From positions 1-30,561 of IMG/VR virus record IMGVR_UViG_3300007542_000105: a DNA stretch of 30,561 bases; one strand, 5' to 3'. The notes below the pieces were generated by a model. That model was given only the letters and a program-made list of their open reading frames with translations. It did not search any database and was not told the origin of the DNA. Below, piece by piece: positions 8,341 through 17,455 of this stretch (positions within the stretch are counted from its first letter, which is position 1; each line of letters begins with the position of its first letter). Source of the DNA: a virus (lineage: Duplodnaviria; Caudoviricetes). Both the position numbers and the translations under genes were made by a program.

Positions 8341-10829
8341 TAGCTAATCCCTTCGGCGTTGCCTTCTAAGATCCGCAGTAGTGATAAAGTCCCCTGTAGG
8401 CGCGTCCGCTCGGCTGGATCTAAGGCCGGGTTGTTCAACTCTACCCGTATGCGCTCAATCATGCCGGCGATACCGTCAGGCGTGGTAATCTCCCCACCGA
8501 AAATATCATTATCGGGGATACGGTTAACGATGTCCGTCTCCTCGTCATCAGACAGGCGGGGAGCCTTGGGGTCACGTATCACCTCGTCATCAAACTCAAA
8601 GCGTAGGATTCCATCGTCCCCTACTCTGGTCGTCTCGGGCGAGAATCCCGACATCTCCTGCTGCGTTGGGGGATTGTTTAATAGCGTCCCCAAGGTTCCC
8701 TGCTGCAAAAGTTCAATCTGGGCCGGTGTAAGCGTGCCTGTCCGCGATACGTTTTGACTCTCTATAGGATCAAAGCCCGATGCTCGCTGTACCTCTTGGC
8801 CCATCTCAGGCGAGAACCCCGTGGCTGTCTGGACGTTGGTATTATCTACCTGATGCGTAAATCCCGGCGTTGGCCCCTGAAAGCCCAGCGCCACCGCCAA
8901 GGCACTCTCTGCCTCCTCCCTGCTGATAAAGCCTGCCTCGGCTGCACTGAGGAGCTGCGCTATCCGACTATCGCCAAAGGTGCGGTCTTGCGCTTCGCCT
9001 GCGCGCGTGTCTTGGTTGGTCGCTAATAGGCGCTGTAGATCGCTCGTTGATAGGTTGTCCTCAAAGCCTCGGCCTGTGAGCGTCTGCCTCGGTGCCCTAT
9101 TGGCACCCTGCTGCACCTCACCAAACAGGTCTGACTCCAAGGCTTGGCCGGCGCGGGTATCGGCATTACGTGCCAACCCTTCGCCAAACTGATTCTGCCG
9201 TACGCCTTCCTCGAATACCTCGCGCTGTGTTGGACTGGTCGCCGTTAGGTTCCGCGCCAATACCCGGTCTGCTACGTTCTGCTGTAGGTTGGCCGCGTCA
9301 AACTGCAAGCCAGCCTGCGCCATGCGAGCCGGCAAGGTCGCCGCGCCGCGTAGGTTGCCGGTCATCTGCGCCTCGTTCAGATCCAAGGCATTGCGAGTGT
9401 TGGACAAGCCTGCCGCGTCAGAGATAGCCGCGCGCTGTAGGTCTTGCTCGGCCAATCCTAAGTTGTCACGGCGAGACTGGAAGCCCAACGCTTGCGCCAG
9501 TGCGTTGTCTTGCATCTGGAAACCCAACGCATCTACGTCTAAATCAGCCAATCGTTGCCGCTCTCTTAGGTCCAACATGGCTTCTATGTTATCGCCCCCG
9601 CGCAACACGCCAAAGCGGTTGAGCTCGGCAATGTCCTGTGCGCGGTTCTCGTCAAAGGCGGCGGCGTTGCGCTCGCGTAGCTGCTGCAAGACGGGGTTGT
9701 CGCCGCCGCGTAGTCGCTCTAATACGACCCGCTCCGAGCTATCCGTCAATGCGCTATTGGGGTCGATAAAGCGACCACCCGTCAGGCGGTCCAAAGCCCG
9801 CTGCTCGGTGGCCTGCTCTAAGGCAGATAGGGTCCGAGCGGGGACAGAAGATGCCGTGATGTCGGGGAGGGATAGCCCTGTCACCGCTTCCTGCCCCGCT
9901 CGGTCCGCTTGATTAATCATCTCTAAAACGCTGGCTAATTGGTTGCCGCGCAGTTGATCGTTGCTCGGCAGGTCCATGCCGGCCAAGTCCCCCACTAATC
10001 CCGTGATCGCGGTATTGATGCCGCTGGACCTGTTCGCATTAGGTCCGGTGATCTCGGTAGCTTGTAGCGGTATACCCTCGGTAAAGCTCGCGCCGTTGTT
10101 GACCAATGAGGCGGTGGGGTCTTGTGTGTTAATAGCATTGGTCCCACCCGCTTGTATATTCGCCGCCGCCTGCTGTTGTGCCAACTGCGACTGCTCGCGG
10201 TTAGATATAGCTTGCCGAAACTTAGCGGCAAACTCATCCCGTATGCGTGGATCCGTCCCGAATCCGAGATTAGAGATAAATAGGTCCACATTGGTACTAT
10301 CACCCGGGGTCGTGCTGGCCTGCATGGAGTCTAATATCTGCTGGGCGCGCGCGCGTTGCTGTGCCGCGACACCGGGGTCTAAGTCTGGCAATACCGGCGC
10401 AATGGGTTGGGGCGTAGCGGTAGTCACTGGCGCAGCGGTCTGTGCGTCTTGTCCCGCGTTGCGGTTGCGGAAGGCGTCAAAGTCTCCTTGACTCATACCG
10501 GGGTTTATCGGCGGGGGTGGAGGCGGCGTGCCATCACTCCCGCTAAACGACTGCCCCTGCTGGTTGATCCGCGCCACGGCGTTCTGGTTGGGATTATTCA
10601 AGACATCGGTCAAACCCACCTGATTGCCCGTAGCGGCGGCATCTGCCGCTTTAAAGAAGTCAGACAAGCCCCCTTGGTTGAAGGCTTGCTGCGTCTGCCC
10701 CTTGAAGTTATTGGGGTCTAAGTTGACTTGGCCGCCTGCCTGCGCAAAGGCTTGCTGTGCTTGGGCTGCATTGCCGCCATCGGCCGCCGCAAAAAAGGCG
10801 TCAAACGCGGACGGTTTCTTTATAGCCAT
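8340..10829 (-). CDS. Putative internal virion/DNA ejection protein
   Basis: 829 aa, Q/A/N-rich low-complexity helical protein directly after the tail stabilisation gene. Confidence 0.65.
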   Translation of the reverse strand: MAIKKPSAFDAFFAAADGGNAAQAQQAFAQAGGQVNLDPNNFKGQTQQAFNQGGLSDFFKAADAAATGNQVGLTDVLNNPNQNAVARINQQGQSFSGSDGTPPPPPPINPGMSQGDFDAFRNRNAGQDAQTAAPVTTATPQPIAPVLPDLDPGVAAQQRARAQQILDSMQASTTPGDSTNVDLFISNLGFGTDPRIRDEFAAKFRQAISNREQSQLAQQQAAANIQAGGTNAINTQDPTASLVNNGASFTEGIPLQATEITGPNANRSSGINTAITGLVGDLAGMDLPSNDQLRGNQLASVLEMINQADRAGQEAVTGLSLPDITASSVPARTLSALEQATEQRALDRLTGGRFIDPNSALTDSSERVVLERLRGGDNPVLQQLRERNAAAFDENRAQDIAELNRFGVLRGGDNIEAMLDLRERQRLADLDVDALGFQMQDNALAQALGFQSRRDNLGLAEQDLQRAAISDAAGLSNTRNALDLNEAQMTGNLRGAATLPARMAQAGLQFDAANLQQNVADRVLARNLTATSPTQREVFEEGVRQNQFGEGLARNADTRAGQALESDLFGEVQQGANRAPRQTLTGRGFEDNLSTSDLQRLLATNQDTRAGEAQDRTFGDSRIAQLLSAAEAGFISREEAESALAVALGFQGPTPGFTHQVDNTNVQTATGFSPEMGQEVQRASGFDPIESQNVSRTGTLTPAQIELLQQGTLGTLLNNPPTQQEMSGFSPETTRVGDDGILRFEFDDEVIRDPKAPRLSDDEETDIVNRIPDNDIFGGEITTPDGIAGMIERIRVELNNPALDPAERTRLQGTLSLLRILEGNAEGIS

Positions 10830-10830
10830 A

Positions 10831-12396
10831 TTAGGTCACTCCTGCGCGGGGCTTGCGCCGCCTGCCGATAACTTTAAACTGCAAATGGGTCCGACGGATA
10901 CGATAGGTCTCATCTGCCGAATTGTTGGTAAACTTCAAGCTACTGTGCGGGTCATAGCCTCGTAGGTCGTTATCCTTCGATACCATGCGCACCGTCCCGA
11001 GCTTGTCTACGTCCAACTCAAACGTGTCTAACTGGCCGCCGCCGCCGGTGGTCGAAAGGGTGCCCGAGTTGACGCCTACGCCTTGAGACTCTTGGTTGAG
11101 CACTACGGTATAGTCTCCCAGCGCGTCGTAGTAGGTCTTAGCATACAGCCAGCGCAGATCCACGTCCGACCCCAAGGGCGCTGGTGCAGCGGTCTCGAAA
11201 TACGAGGTATACGCCGACCCCTCTTGGTTGAACGTATTGACTGGGGCATGATCTAACAGCTTGCCGGCAAATCCTCCCGCGTGGGGCTTGTTGGCAATGA
11301 TCGCGGCACAATTGCGCTCAAAGGCACTGGTATCACCAGTAAATGGCCCATACCATGCAAAGCGCGCCTCGCCGGTCGCGGGGTCTTGATACCTGAACTT
11401 AGTGGACATAATCATAATGTGGTTCATGTTCTGCTGGCCGACGCCATACGGCAGCCAAAACCACACCTCATTCTCTTGTGCGTAAAACACTGCAAAGCTC
11501 TGGCCCAAGCGGGACATATTGACCGTGTCCCAGTAGCCCAAGTCCAGCGCATGGGAAACCTTCTCGATACGGTCCCCCCCAGCCCACATATAGATACCAT
11601 CGTCTTGCGGGAACAATTGCGCGTTGCCCGGTATCGTCACCACGGCACGCCCTGAGATAGAGCCGCCGGTCTGCGGGTTGCGTGGGTCGGAACTCGTTCG
11701 TTGCTGTACCTGATACGGCACTACTGCATTTCCCGTAGATATGGCGATAGAGATAAAATCCTCGGTGTGGAGCGCTAAGACGTTCTGGTTCTCTTGCAGC
11801 GCACCAATCGGTGAGCCTAAGTTGTTAAAGTCGGTCGCGTCCCAGGTCTCTATATCGCCAATATTGCTATACCAATACCGATCATAGTTGGTATCGACAT
11901 TGCCCATCCATAAGCGATTATCGAAAAAGGCCACATGCTCGGCGGTAGTAAAGCGGGAATCTACGTCTAAGACCGTAGCATTACCGGTCCCAGACCACTT
12001 AAATGGGGCATCGACGCCATTAGTAAAGACCACATTATCATAGGCCACGACCCACTCAAAGGTATTGTCATCGCCTGCGGTGATCGTCACGGCGCCCGTC
12101 CGGTCTACCCATCCACTGCTATACTCGTAGAACACCGCACCCGCTATGGCAAAAACCTTTTTAGACCCGCCCGGTATCTGGAACTCTCCCGCGGCCGTAA
12201 AGGTAGGCGTGCCCGCGATAGCCGCTAACGACTGATATGAGGCCGTACCTAATGCTTTCTCTACGGCCGCCGCCGCGGTCAAGCGCGCGTTCTCCATCTG
12301 CCGTAAGCCATTGGGCGCTATATCCTCGGGGGGCAAGTCGTAGCGCACCCCCTGCGGCCAAGGGCCATACTTGATGGTCTCGGCTTGTATGGCCAT
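10831..12396 (-). CDS. Tail stabilisation/nozzle protein (P22 gp10 / T7 gp12-like position)
   Basis: 521 aa beta-rich; ENARL, FTNGVDAPFKW, FFDNRLW, YSNIGDIETW motifs typical of podoviral propeller tail proteins; follows the adaptor. Confidence 0.75.
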   Translation of the reverse strand: MAIQAETIKYGPWPQGVRYDLPPEDIAPNGLRQMENARLTAAAAVEKALGTASYQSLAAIAGTPTFTAAGEFQIPGGSKKVFAIAGAVFYEYSSGWVDRTGAVTITAGDDNTFEWVVAYDNVVFTNGVDAPFKWSGTGNATVLDVDSRFTTAEHVAFFDNRLWMGNVDTNYDRYWYSNIGDIETWDATDFNNLGSPIGALQENQNVLALHTEDFISIAISTGNAVVPYQVQQRTSSDPRNPQTGGSISGRAVVTIPGNAQLFPQDDGIYMWAGGDRIEKVSHALDLGYWDTVNMSRLGQSFAVFYAQENEVWFWLPYGVGQQNMNHIMIMSTKFRYQDPATGEARFAWYGPFTGDTSAFERNCAAIIANKPHAGGFAGKLLDHAPVNTFNQEGSAYTSYFETAAPAPLGSDVDLRWLYAKTYYDALGDYTVVLNQESQGVGVNSGTLSTTGGGGQLDTFELDVDKLGTVRMVSKDNDLRGYDPHSSLKFTNNSADETYRIRRTHLQFKVIGRRRKPRAGVT

Positions 12397-13313
12397 TAGT
12401 TACTCCACGTAAAGACGATACCCGTGCCATCGGTCCGCACCAGTACGCGGTCCTCGGGCTCGCTGCGGTAGCGCCTATTGCCCTGCATCGCAAGGTTTTG
12501 CTTTTTCATTACGCTAATCTGCGCGTTGAAATTTTCCGTTTCCTGTGCCGCTAAATCGCCGTCGCCCTTCTCTTGTGCAAAGAGTCTCGAGGCCCAATAG
12601 ACCAAGGCTTGCTCGGCTACCTGCGGATACCCTAAGACCAAGAGTGAGGTCGCGTCATTGGCGTTGGTCCACTCGGTCGCCGCTATACGATACCGCACCC
12701 GTATAGTCGAATTAGTTGCCGAGGGCTTGGGGTAGACCTCAATCGTAGGATAGCCGGTAGTATCATCCATGCCGCCTACGTACGCGCGCCGTATGTCGCC
12801 CGTCTCGTCGCGGTCCAGGTCCGATAGGTCCAGCGTGTCCGGTCCTACGATCTCTATAGCGTTCTGGTTAGTCTCATCGACAAAGGACCACCAAGAGGTG
12901 ATATTGCTGGATACGGGGGTATAGATGCGGGTAATAGTCATGCTGTCATACTGCGCCGTCGCGCTACTCGTGCCACCCGTGACGGTCTCGCCTACGGTAA
13001 AGTCAGCCGAGGGGGTGTAAATATAGAGTAGCGCGTTGGTCGCATCGTAGCTGTCTACGATAGCCGTTGACCCCGAAGTGCCACCCGTGATCGTCTCGCC
13101 TGCGGTAAACGTGCCGGCTGCCGACGAGATACCAAAGGTCTGCGTGGTCTTAAAGGTCGTGGTCTGATCCAGCCACCACCACCGCGCCGCATTGTGGAGT
13201 ACCGGCTGGGCATGGTTCATATACTGGCGCGCCCGATTGACAAAGCTGGACTCCGAAGAGTCTAAGCCTACGCGATCTAAGACCAGGGTCAATGCTTGGG
13301 TCAACGTGCTCAT
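12396..13313 (-). CDS. Head-tail adaptor (T7 gp11-like) with inserted repeat domain
   Basis: Helical N-terminus ending in RWWWL, IEVYPKP...IRVRY, and C-terminal ALVYWA helix; insert with two FT.GET.TGGTS repeats. Confidence 0.72.
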   Translation of the reverse strand: MSTLTQALTLVLDRVGLDSSESSFVNRARQYMNHAQPVLHNAARWWWLDQTTTFKTTQTFGISSAAGTFTAGETITGGTSGSTAIVDSYDATNALLYIYTPSADFTVGETVTGGTSSATAQYDSMTITRIYTPVSSNITSWWSFVDETNQNAIEIVGPDTLDLSDLDRDETGDIRRAYVGGMDDTTGYPTIEVYPKPSATNSTIRVRYRIAATEWTNANDATSLLVLGYPQVAEQALVYWASRLFAQEKGDGDLAAQETENFNAQISVMKKQNLAMQGNRRYRSEPEDRVLVRTDGTGIVFTWSN

Positions 13314-13322
13314 AAGTCGCCC

Positions 13323-13553
13323 TTAGATAAGGTTTGCCCAAGCGCCATTCTCATAGCCTTGGAACTTGTTTAGCGTGCTGTTGTAAATGATCCAGCCGTT
13401 TGCAGCCGTGAGCGCGTCGCGTTGGGTCGTGGTCATAGACCCCACCTTGAGCACCTGCCCAATCTCCAAGACATCAAATTGGGCATAGGTGCCAAAGGTG
13501 GTCGCGGCTTTAACCTGTCCCGCCGCTACGGGGTCTTGACGAAACTCACTCAT
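13323..13553 (-). CDS. Small virion protein with fibre N-terminal-like motif
   Basis: MTTTQRDALTAANGWIIYNSTLNKFQGYENGAW matches the T..QR.A....G...YN......Y.G..W motif common in phage fibres. Confidence 0.7.
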   Translation of the reverse strand: MSEFRQDPVAAGQVKAATTFGTYAQFDVLEIGQVLKVGSMTTTQRDALTAANGWIIYNSTLNKFQGYENGAWANLI

Positions 13554-14230
13554 TAGCTATCATCGGGGGCACCACCCGCCATCTCTACACCTGCAGAAAA
13601 AGCGCCTGCGGCAATGTCGTGGCGCACGTTAGAGGACATATGTAATCCACGGCGTCGGACATCCAGAAAGTGCTTGTATTCCTCGGTGAGCACCTTGCGG
13701 CCCTTGTGGTCGAGCTTGGCCCTACTGGCATTATTGGTCGGCTCGTTAGTCTCGTGGTCAAAATACATATTGCCCCATGACCCCATCAACTGCATAAAGC
13801 CAGGTCCCATGTTAACCTCTTGGCCACCCGGGACATCCAAGGCGCGCTCCCGCGTGTAATGGCGCACGTAGTCATAGGGGTCCGCATTGCCGGCCTGCCC
13901 CGCTTGGAGGCGTAATAGGTCGCGTATCTCGTTGTCCTTGGTAAACTCCGCGAAGATCTCACGCGCCGCCTCGGGGTTGCTCTCCATCTCGGCCTTGAGT
14001 GCTTCGAGCATCCCACTGCCTACTCCGGGGGATGCTGGTGCCTTGGGTACGATCGGAGCCGTAACAAGGGGCGTCAACTCTTCCTCATCTAAGCCGGGCA
14101 ACTCTTTGGCGCGCGCGTTGGCCTCTTCGATCAAGCGCATAGCCTCGGGGTCTGCCTCGCCCTTCTTAGCATGGGTCGGTTGTCCCATCGCGTCAAACTC
14201 GCCTACGGTATCTTCTTGTTTTTTGCTCAT
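13553..14230 (-). CDS. Hypothetical protein in the head module
   Basis: 225 aa, acidic/Pro-rich N-half; AGGGATAGGA upstream; TAATG overlap downstream. Confidence 0.75.
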   Translation of the reverse strand: MSKKQEDTVGEFDAMGQPTHAKKGEADPEAMRLIEEANARAKELPGLDEEELTPLVTAPIVPKAPASPGVGSGMLEALKAEMESNPEAAREIFAEFTKDNEIRDLLRLQAGQAGNADPYDYVRHYTRERALDVPGGQEVNMGPGFMQLMGSWGNMYFDHETNEPTNNASRAKLDHKGRKVLTEEYKHFLDVRRRGLHMSSNVRHDIAAGAFSAGVEMAGGAPDDS

Positions 14231-14249
14231 GGTATCCTATCCCTCTTTT

Positions 14250-14288
14250 AGTAAAGGTGGGGCGTGCTTAGATTGGGCACGCCCCACC
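14250..14288 (-). terminator. Intrinsic terminator/attenuator after capsid and cement genes
   Basis: Perfect 12-bp stem GGTGGGGCGTGC/GCACGCCCCACC (14256-14288) followed on the minus strand by a short TTTACT tract; likely leaky. Confidence 0.75.
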
Positions 14289-14294
14289 GACTTG

Positions 14295-14798
14295 TTATAC
14301 GTCCTGCACGTACGGGTAACTGATACCGACAAGCGCGAGGCCCGTAGACGGCGTATCAATAGCCGAAACAGAAATCGCACTGTGGACCAAGTCGCCCGCG
14401 ACAACGGCGTCATCCAAACTGCCCGCCGTAGCGGTAAGGTAGCACGCCTTAGCATCGGCGAAACTGGCCAACACTTTAACCGGCACAGCCTGCGCCTTGA
14501 TGCAATACCACCCGTAGGACGTAGCGGCGGTATTAGCCGACATTGCCACGCCGATTTGTCCCAGCGCATTAGCCGAAGCAAGCGCCGTGGTATGGCCCAC
14601 GCCGTCGATAACGACTACGCTACCTACGGCCGTACTCGCCACGCCCTTAGCGTAGACAAATTCAGCCTCGCCGTAGTTCGTGGACGTGTCCTTGTCCTGC
14701 GCCTTCAAGACGGTGCCGAGCGGCATATACTGCGTAGTGCTCGACTCGTCTACCTGCTGCTGCGAGGTGTTAGCCCCGACGAATTTCCAATCTGCCAT
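14295..14798 (-). CDS. Capsid decoration/cement protein (putative)
   Basis: 167 aa, Ala/Val/Gly-rich beta protein directly after the capsid gene; PLGT, EFVYAKG, GVAM, YGWY motifs. Confidence 0.7.
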   Translation of the reverse strand: MADWKFVGANTSQQQVDESSTTQYMPLGTVLKAQDKDTSTNYGEAEFVYAKGVASTAVGSVVVIDGVGHTTALASANALGQIGVAMSANTAATSYGWYCIKAQAVPVKVLASFADAKACYLTATAGSLDDAVVAGDLVHSAISVSAIDTPSTGLALVGISYPYVQDV

Positions 14799-14812
14799 TG
14801 TTCAGACCTTTC

Positions 14813-15796
14813 TTAGATACCCGTGATCGCGGTAGCAACACCACCACGCCGACGGTTAGAAGTGGTGAGCTGCACACCGGCTACAACGTACCCAATCTGG
14901 CCTAACTGGCCACTCGACTGCGTGGACTCAAAGCCCGTGAAACGGAAGTTGGCCCGACGCATCACGCGCAACTTGAGGTTGCGGTCGTCGTAGAAATAGG
15001 CGTGCAATGCGGCGATGTCCTCGTCGGGCACCATGCGCGCACCCATGTAGCCGGGGAACTCTTCGCCCTTCAAGCCTTGGATATTCGATCCTTTTAGCTC
15101 GACATAGCCCTGGCTCGCCAAAGAGACGCGATAGGCGCCGGCGATAGAGTAGGTCGTAGCAATCGTGGAGACGCGGCCGCCCTGCTTGCGGACTTTATCC
15201 ATGACGCTGTTAAAGCGCGTGATACCGTCGAAGAGGTTGGTAACGGTGGAGGTGGTAAACGTGGTGGCGGTCGTGTCGCGCTGCGACTCCCAGAACGTGC
15301 TCGCGCTGGAATCAATACCGCCTACGGTAGCGCCTGCGGCATCGGCCATGATGTTCTGATAGCCGAGCATGGTTTTGCCAGCCTGTGCGCCGCCGATGTC
15401 CTCGTTGATCGCCTTGAGGATGGAGTCCATTGCCGTGTCGCGCATACCCTGCAACAGATCAAAGACTTCCTCTTCGCCCGAGTTTTCCCACTCGGTCGTG
15501 TCGTCCAACGCAGCGGCTGCCGCGTAGTACCGACGGTTGTAAAACGCGGCTTCATAGGGGTCGGCCGGCGTCTTGTTTAGCGAGTCCCACCCGCTAAACG
15601 CTTCGGCGGTCTGCCCTGAACTGCGCAAGTTGACCTTGATGCGCTTGCCGCCGCCATCGACCATTTGCAGGCCGCGCGTGCGGTGGTGGTCAACCAGGTT
15701 GTACGGCTCGAAGAAGTTATCGAAAACCTCGGGGCCGTCTGCATCCATCGTCGCGGTCCAGCGACTGTTCCATACTTCGCTTGTGGTCTGTGCCAT
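14813..15796 (-). CDS. Major capsid protein
   Basis: 327 aa after the scaffold; DNFF, DGGGKRI, VGGID...FWESQ, SNRRRGG patterns; size fits an HK97 fold without delta domain. Confidence 0.82.
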   Translation of the reverse strand: MAQTTSEVWNSRWTATMDADGPEVFDNFFEPYNLVDHHRTRGLQMVDGGGKRIKVNLRSSGQTAEAFSGWDSLNKTPADPYEAAFYNRRYYAAAAALDDTTEWENSGEEEVFDLLQGMRDTAMDSILKAINEDIGGAQAGKTMLGYQNIMADAAGATVGGIDSSASTFWESQRDTTATTFTTSTVTNLFDGITRFNSVMDKVRKQGGRVSTIATTYSIAGAYRVSLASQGYVELKGSNIQGLKGEEFPGYMGARMVPDEDIAALHAYFYDDRNLKLRVMRRANFRFTGFESTQSSGQLGQIGYVVAGVQLTTSNRRRGGVATAITGI

Positions 15797-15844
15797 CGTG
15801 AGTCTATCCTTATATTATGGGACAGGCCCGCGATCTATCAACAG

Positions 15845-16780
15845 CTACAGCGTATCGGCAATCCGCGCTAAAGAGTTCGCTTTGCTACCCTTAATGCGCT
15901 CAGGGACGCTGCCCGTAGCACCTCGACGTGCGGCTCGGTTCTTAGCTACCGTCTTTCGCTCAGTAGCCTGCGTGCGCGCCTCGGCGTGCTGCTTGGCGGT
16001 CTGACCTGTGACCAGTCCCACCAAATCGGACACGGTATAAGGAGCTTGCGTCATGGGGTTTATTTGCCCCAACAAGCCCTCTACCGCTGCTAACTGCCCC
16101 TTGTTCGCCTCCACTACATCGGCACCCCAATCCTCTTTCGCCTTGTCAACCTGACCCTGCAACGCTTTAAACTGCTCATTGCGCTGCGCCTCCGAGAGTT
16201 GAGATACCTGGCTATTGATCTTCTCCAAGTTGCCCAAGCCGTATTTCTCGGCTATCTGGTTCTCAAACTGCTCAAAGGCCCCAGCCAAATACTCTAAGCC
16301 AGCCGCCGACTCATTGAGAGCCCGCGCCTGCTGGGCGTCGGTTGCTTGGTTCGCCTGCTGCCGCAACTGCGCTGCACTGCTCCGTGCGGTCGTAGGCGAG
16401 AACGTATCTTGTTGGGATGCGGCCTGCGGTACATTCCCCTGTGCCAGACTCTGCAAATGCTGCATCTTCTGCTGCTCAAAGGCTTGTACTTGGGCCTGAT
16501 GCTCTTGCTGCCGCTGCTGAAAATAGCGGTCTGCCTCGGCCCGCGCTTGTCGTATATGATCTTGCGCGGGATCGGTGGTTGTAGCACCCTTGTCGGGTGC
16601 CGCTGGAGCGGTGTCGGTAGGGGTAGCATCCGTGTCCGTAGAGTCCTCGTCTTCACGGTCGCCCAATAGACCCAAGCCCATCTCAGGTATTTCTCGAGTG
16701 GTGCCTGCATCCGGTGCGGTCGCTTCGCTCGTGGTTTCCTCTGATACGGCGTCGATTGCGCCTGCGCCCATCTCACTCAT
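15845..16780 (-). CDS. Scaffolding protein (putative)
   Basis: 311 aa; acidic disordered N-terminus, Q/A-rich coiled coil, basic C-terminus; RBS GAGGGAG; directly upstream of the capsid gene. Confidence 0.75.
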   Translation of the reverse strand: MSEMGAGAIDAVSEETTSEATAPDAGTTREIPEMGLGLLGDREDEDSTDTDATPTDTAPAAPDKGATTTDPAQDHIRQARAEADRYFQQRQQEHQAQVQAFEQQKMQHLQSLAQGNVPQAASQQDTFSPTTARSSAAQLRQQANQATDAQQARALNESAAGLEYLAGAFEQFENQIAEKYGLGNLEKINSQVSQLSEAQRNEQFKALQGQVDKAKEDWGADVVEANKGQLAAVEGLLGQINPMTQAPYTVSDLVGLVTGQTAKQHAEARTQATERKTVAKNRAARRGATGSVPERIKGSKANSLARIADTL

Positions 16781-16803
16781 ACTAAACGTCTCCCTCGTTT
16801 GTG

Positions 16804-17241
16804 TTATTCGTCATCTGCTTCACCCTCAAAGGAGAAGCCCGACGATAGGTCTTTACCTATATCTATTTCGTCTAATCTAATCACTTCGGTCTGTTTCCGC
16901 TTCTTTTTTTCTTCCACGTCGCGGTTTCTCGCGTCCCATGCTTCGGCTTCGGCCCTCCCCTTGCTCATTACGTCATCGGCCGGCACCAACCCCATCTCTT
17001 TCCAGACCTTGTCCCGGTGGACGGCGTTCTCATACTCTACGCCTGTCTGCGGGTCGATACCCTTCTTTACGCTGCCGGTGCTCATGCGCGCATTGAATGG
17101 GCCAAAGTTGCCAAACGATATTTCGCTTTCTGCGCCACACTCTGGACATTGGCGCGTCTTATCGGCCCCGCCGTCACTGTTGGTATAGTATACGTCCGGC
17201 TCTATATGGCCCTTAGTGCAAATATAATCAATGATCGGCAT
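16804..17241 (-). CDS. FmdB-like zinc-ribbon protein
   Basis: MPIIDYICTKGH...CPECG N-terminal motif; RBS AAGGGGGA. Confidence 0.75.
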   Translation of the reverse strand: MPIIDYICTKGHIEPDVYYTNSDGGADKTRQCPECGAESEISFGNFGPFNARMSTGSVKKGIDPQTGVEYENAVHRDKVWKEMGLVPADDVMSKGRAEAEAWDARNRDVEEKKKRKQTEVIRLDEIDIGKDLSSGFSFEGEADDE

Positions 17242-17257
17242 AGCTTCAATCCCCCTT

Positions 17258-17455
17258 TTACCGTCTAAATACTTCTCTCAGGTACTCCCACCGTGTCATA
17301 GTGGGTTTATGTGCTACGCTCCGCTCTACGTCATGCAGCCGAGAGGCAAACCGCGTGACCTGCTCTTGTATGCCCCTGTGGCGCTCCAATAGCTGATTGA
17401 CTAAGGCGCGCGTCTCGTTTATTCGCCGGTCCAGTTCGTTCCACTCGCCAGCCAT
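17258..17455 (-). CDS. Small coiled-coil hypothetical protein
   Basis: 65 aa, TAATG-coupled to the upstream gene. Confidence 0.65.
   Translation of the reverse strand: MAGEWNELDRRINETRALVNQLLERHRGIQEQVTRFASRLHDVERSVAHKPTMTRWEYLREVFRR

Noticed and set aside
13887-14816. 309-aa + strand ORF and the many other long antisense ORFs over structural genes
   Set aside because: Shadow frames of GC-rich minus-strand genes; Ser/Arg/Pro-rich, no RBS or motifs.
15814-15841. TTGATA-16-CATAAT promoter before the capsid gene
   Set aside because: The predicted start would fall within or after the TAAGGA RBS and the spacing is suboptimal; not supported enough.
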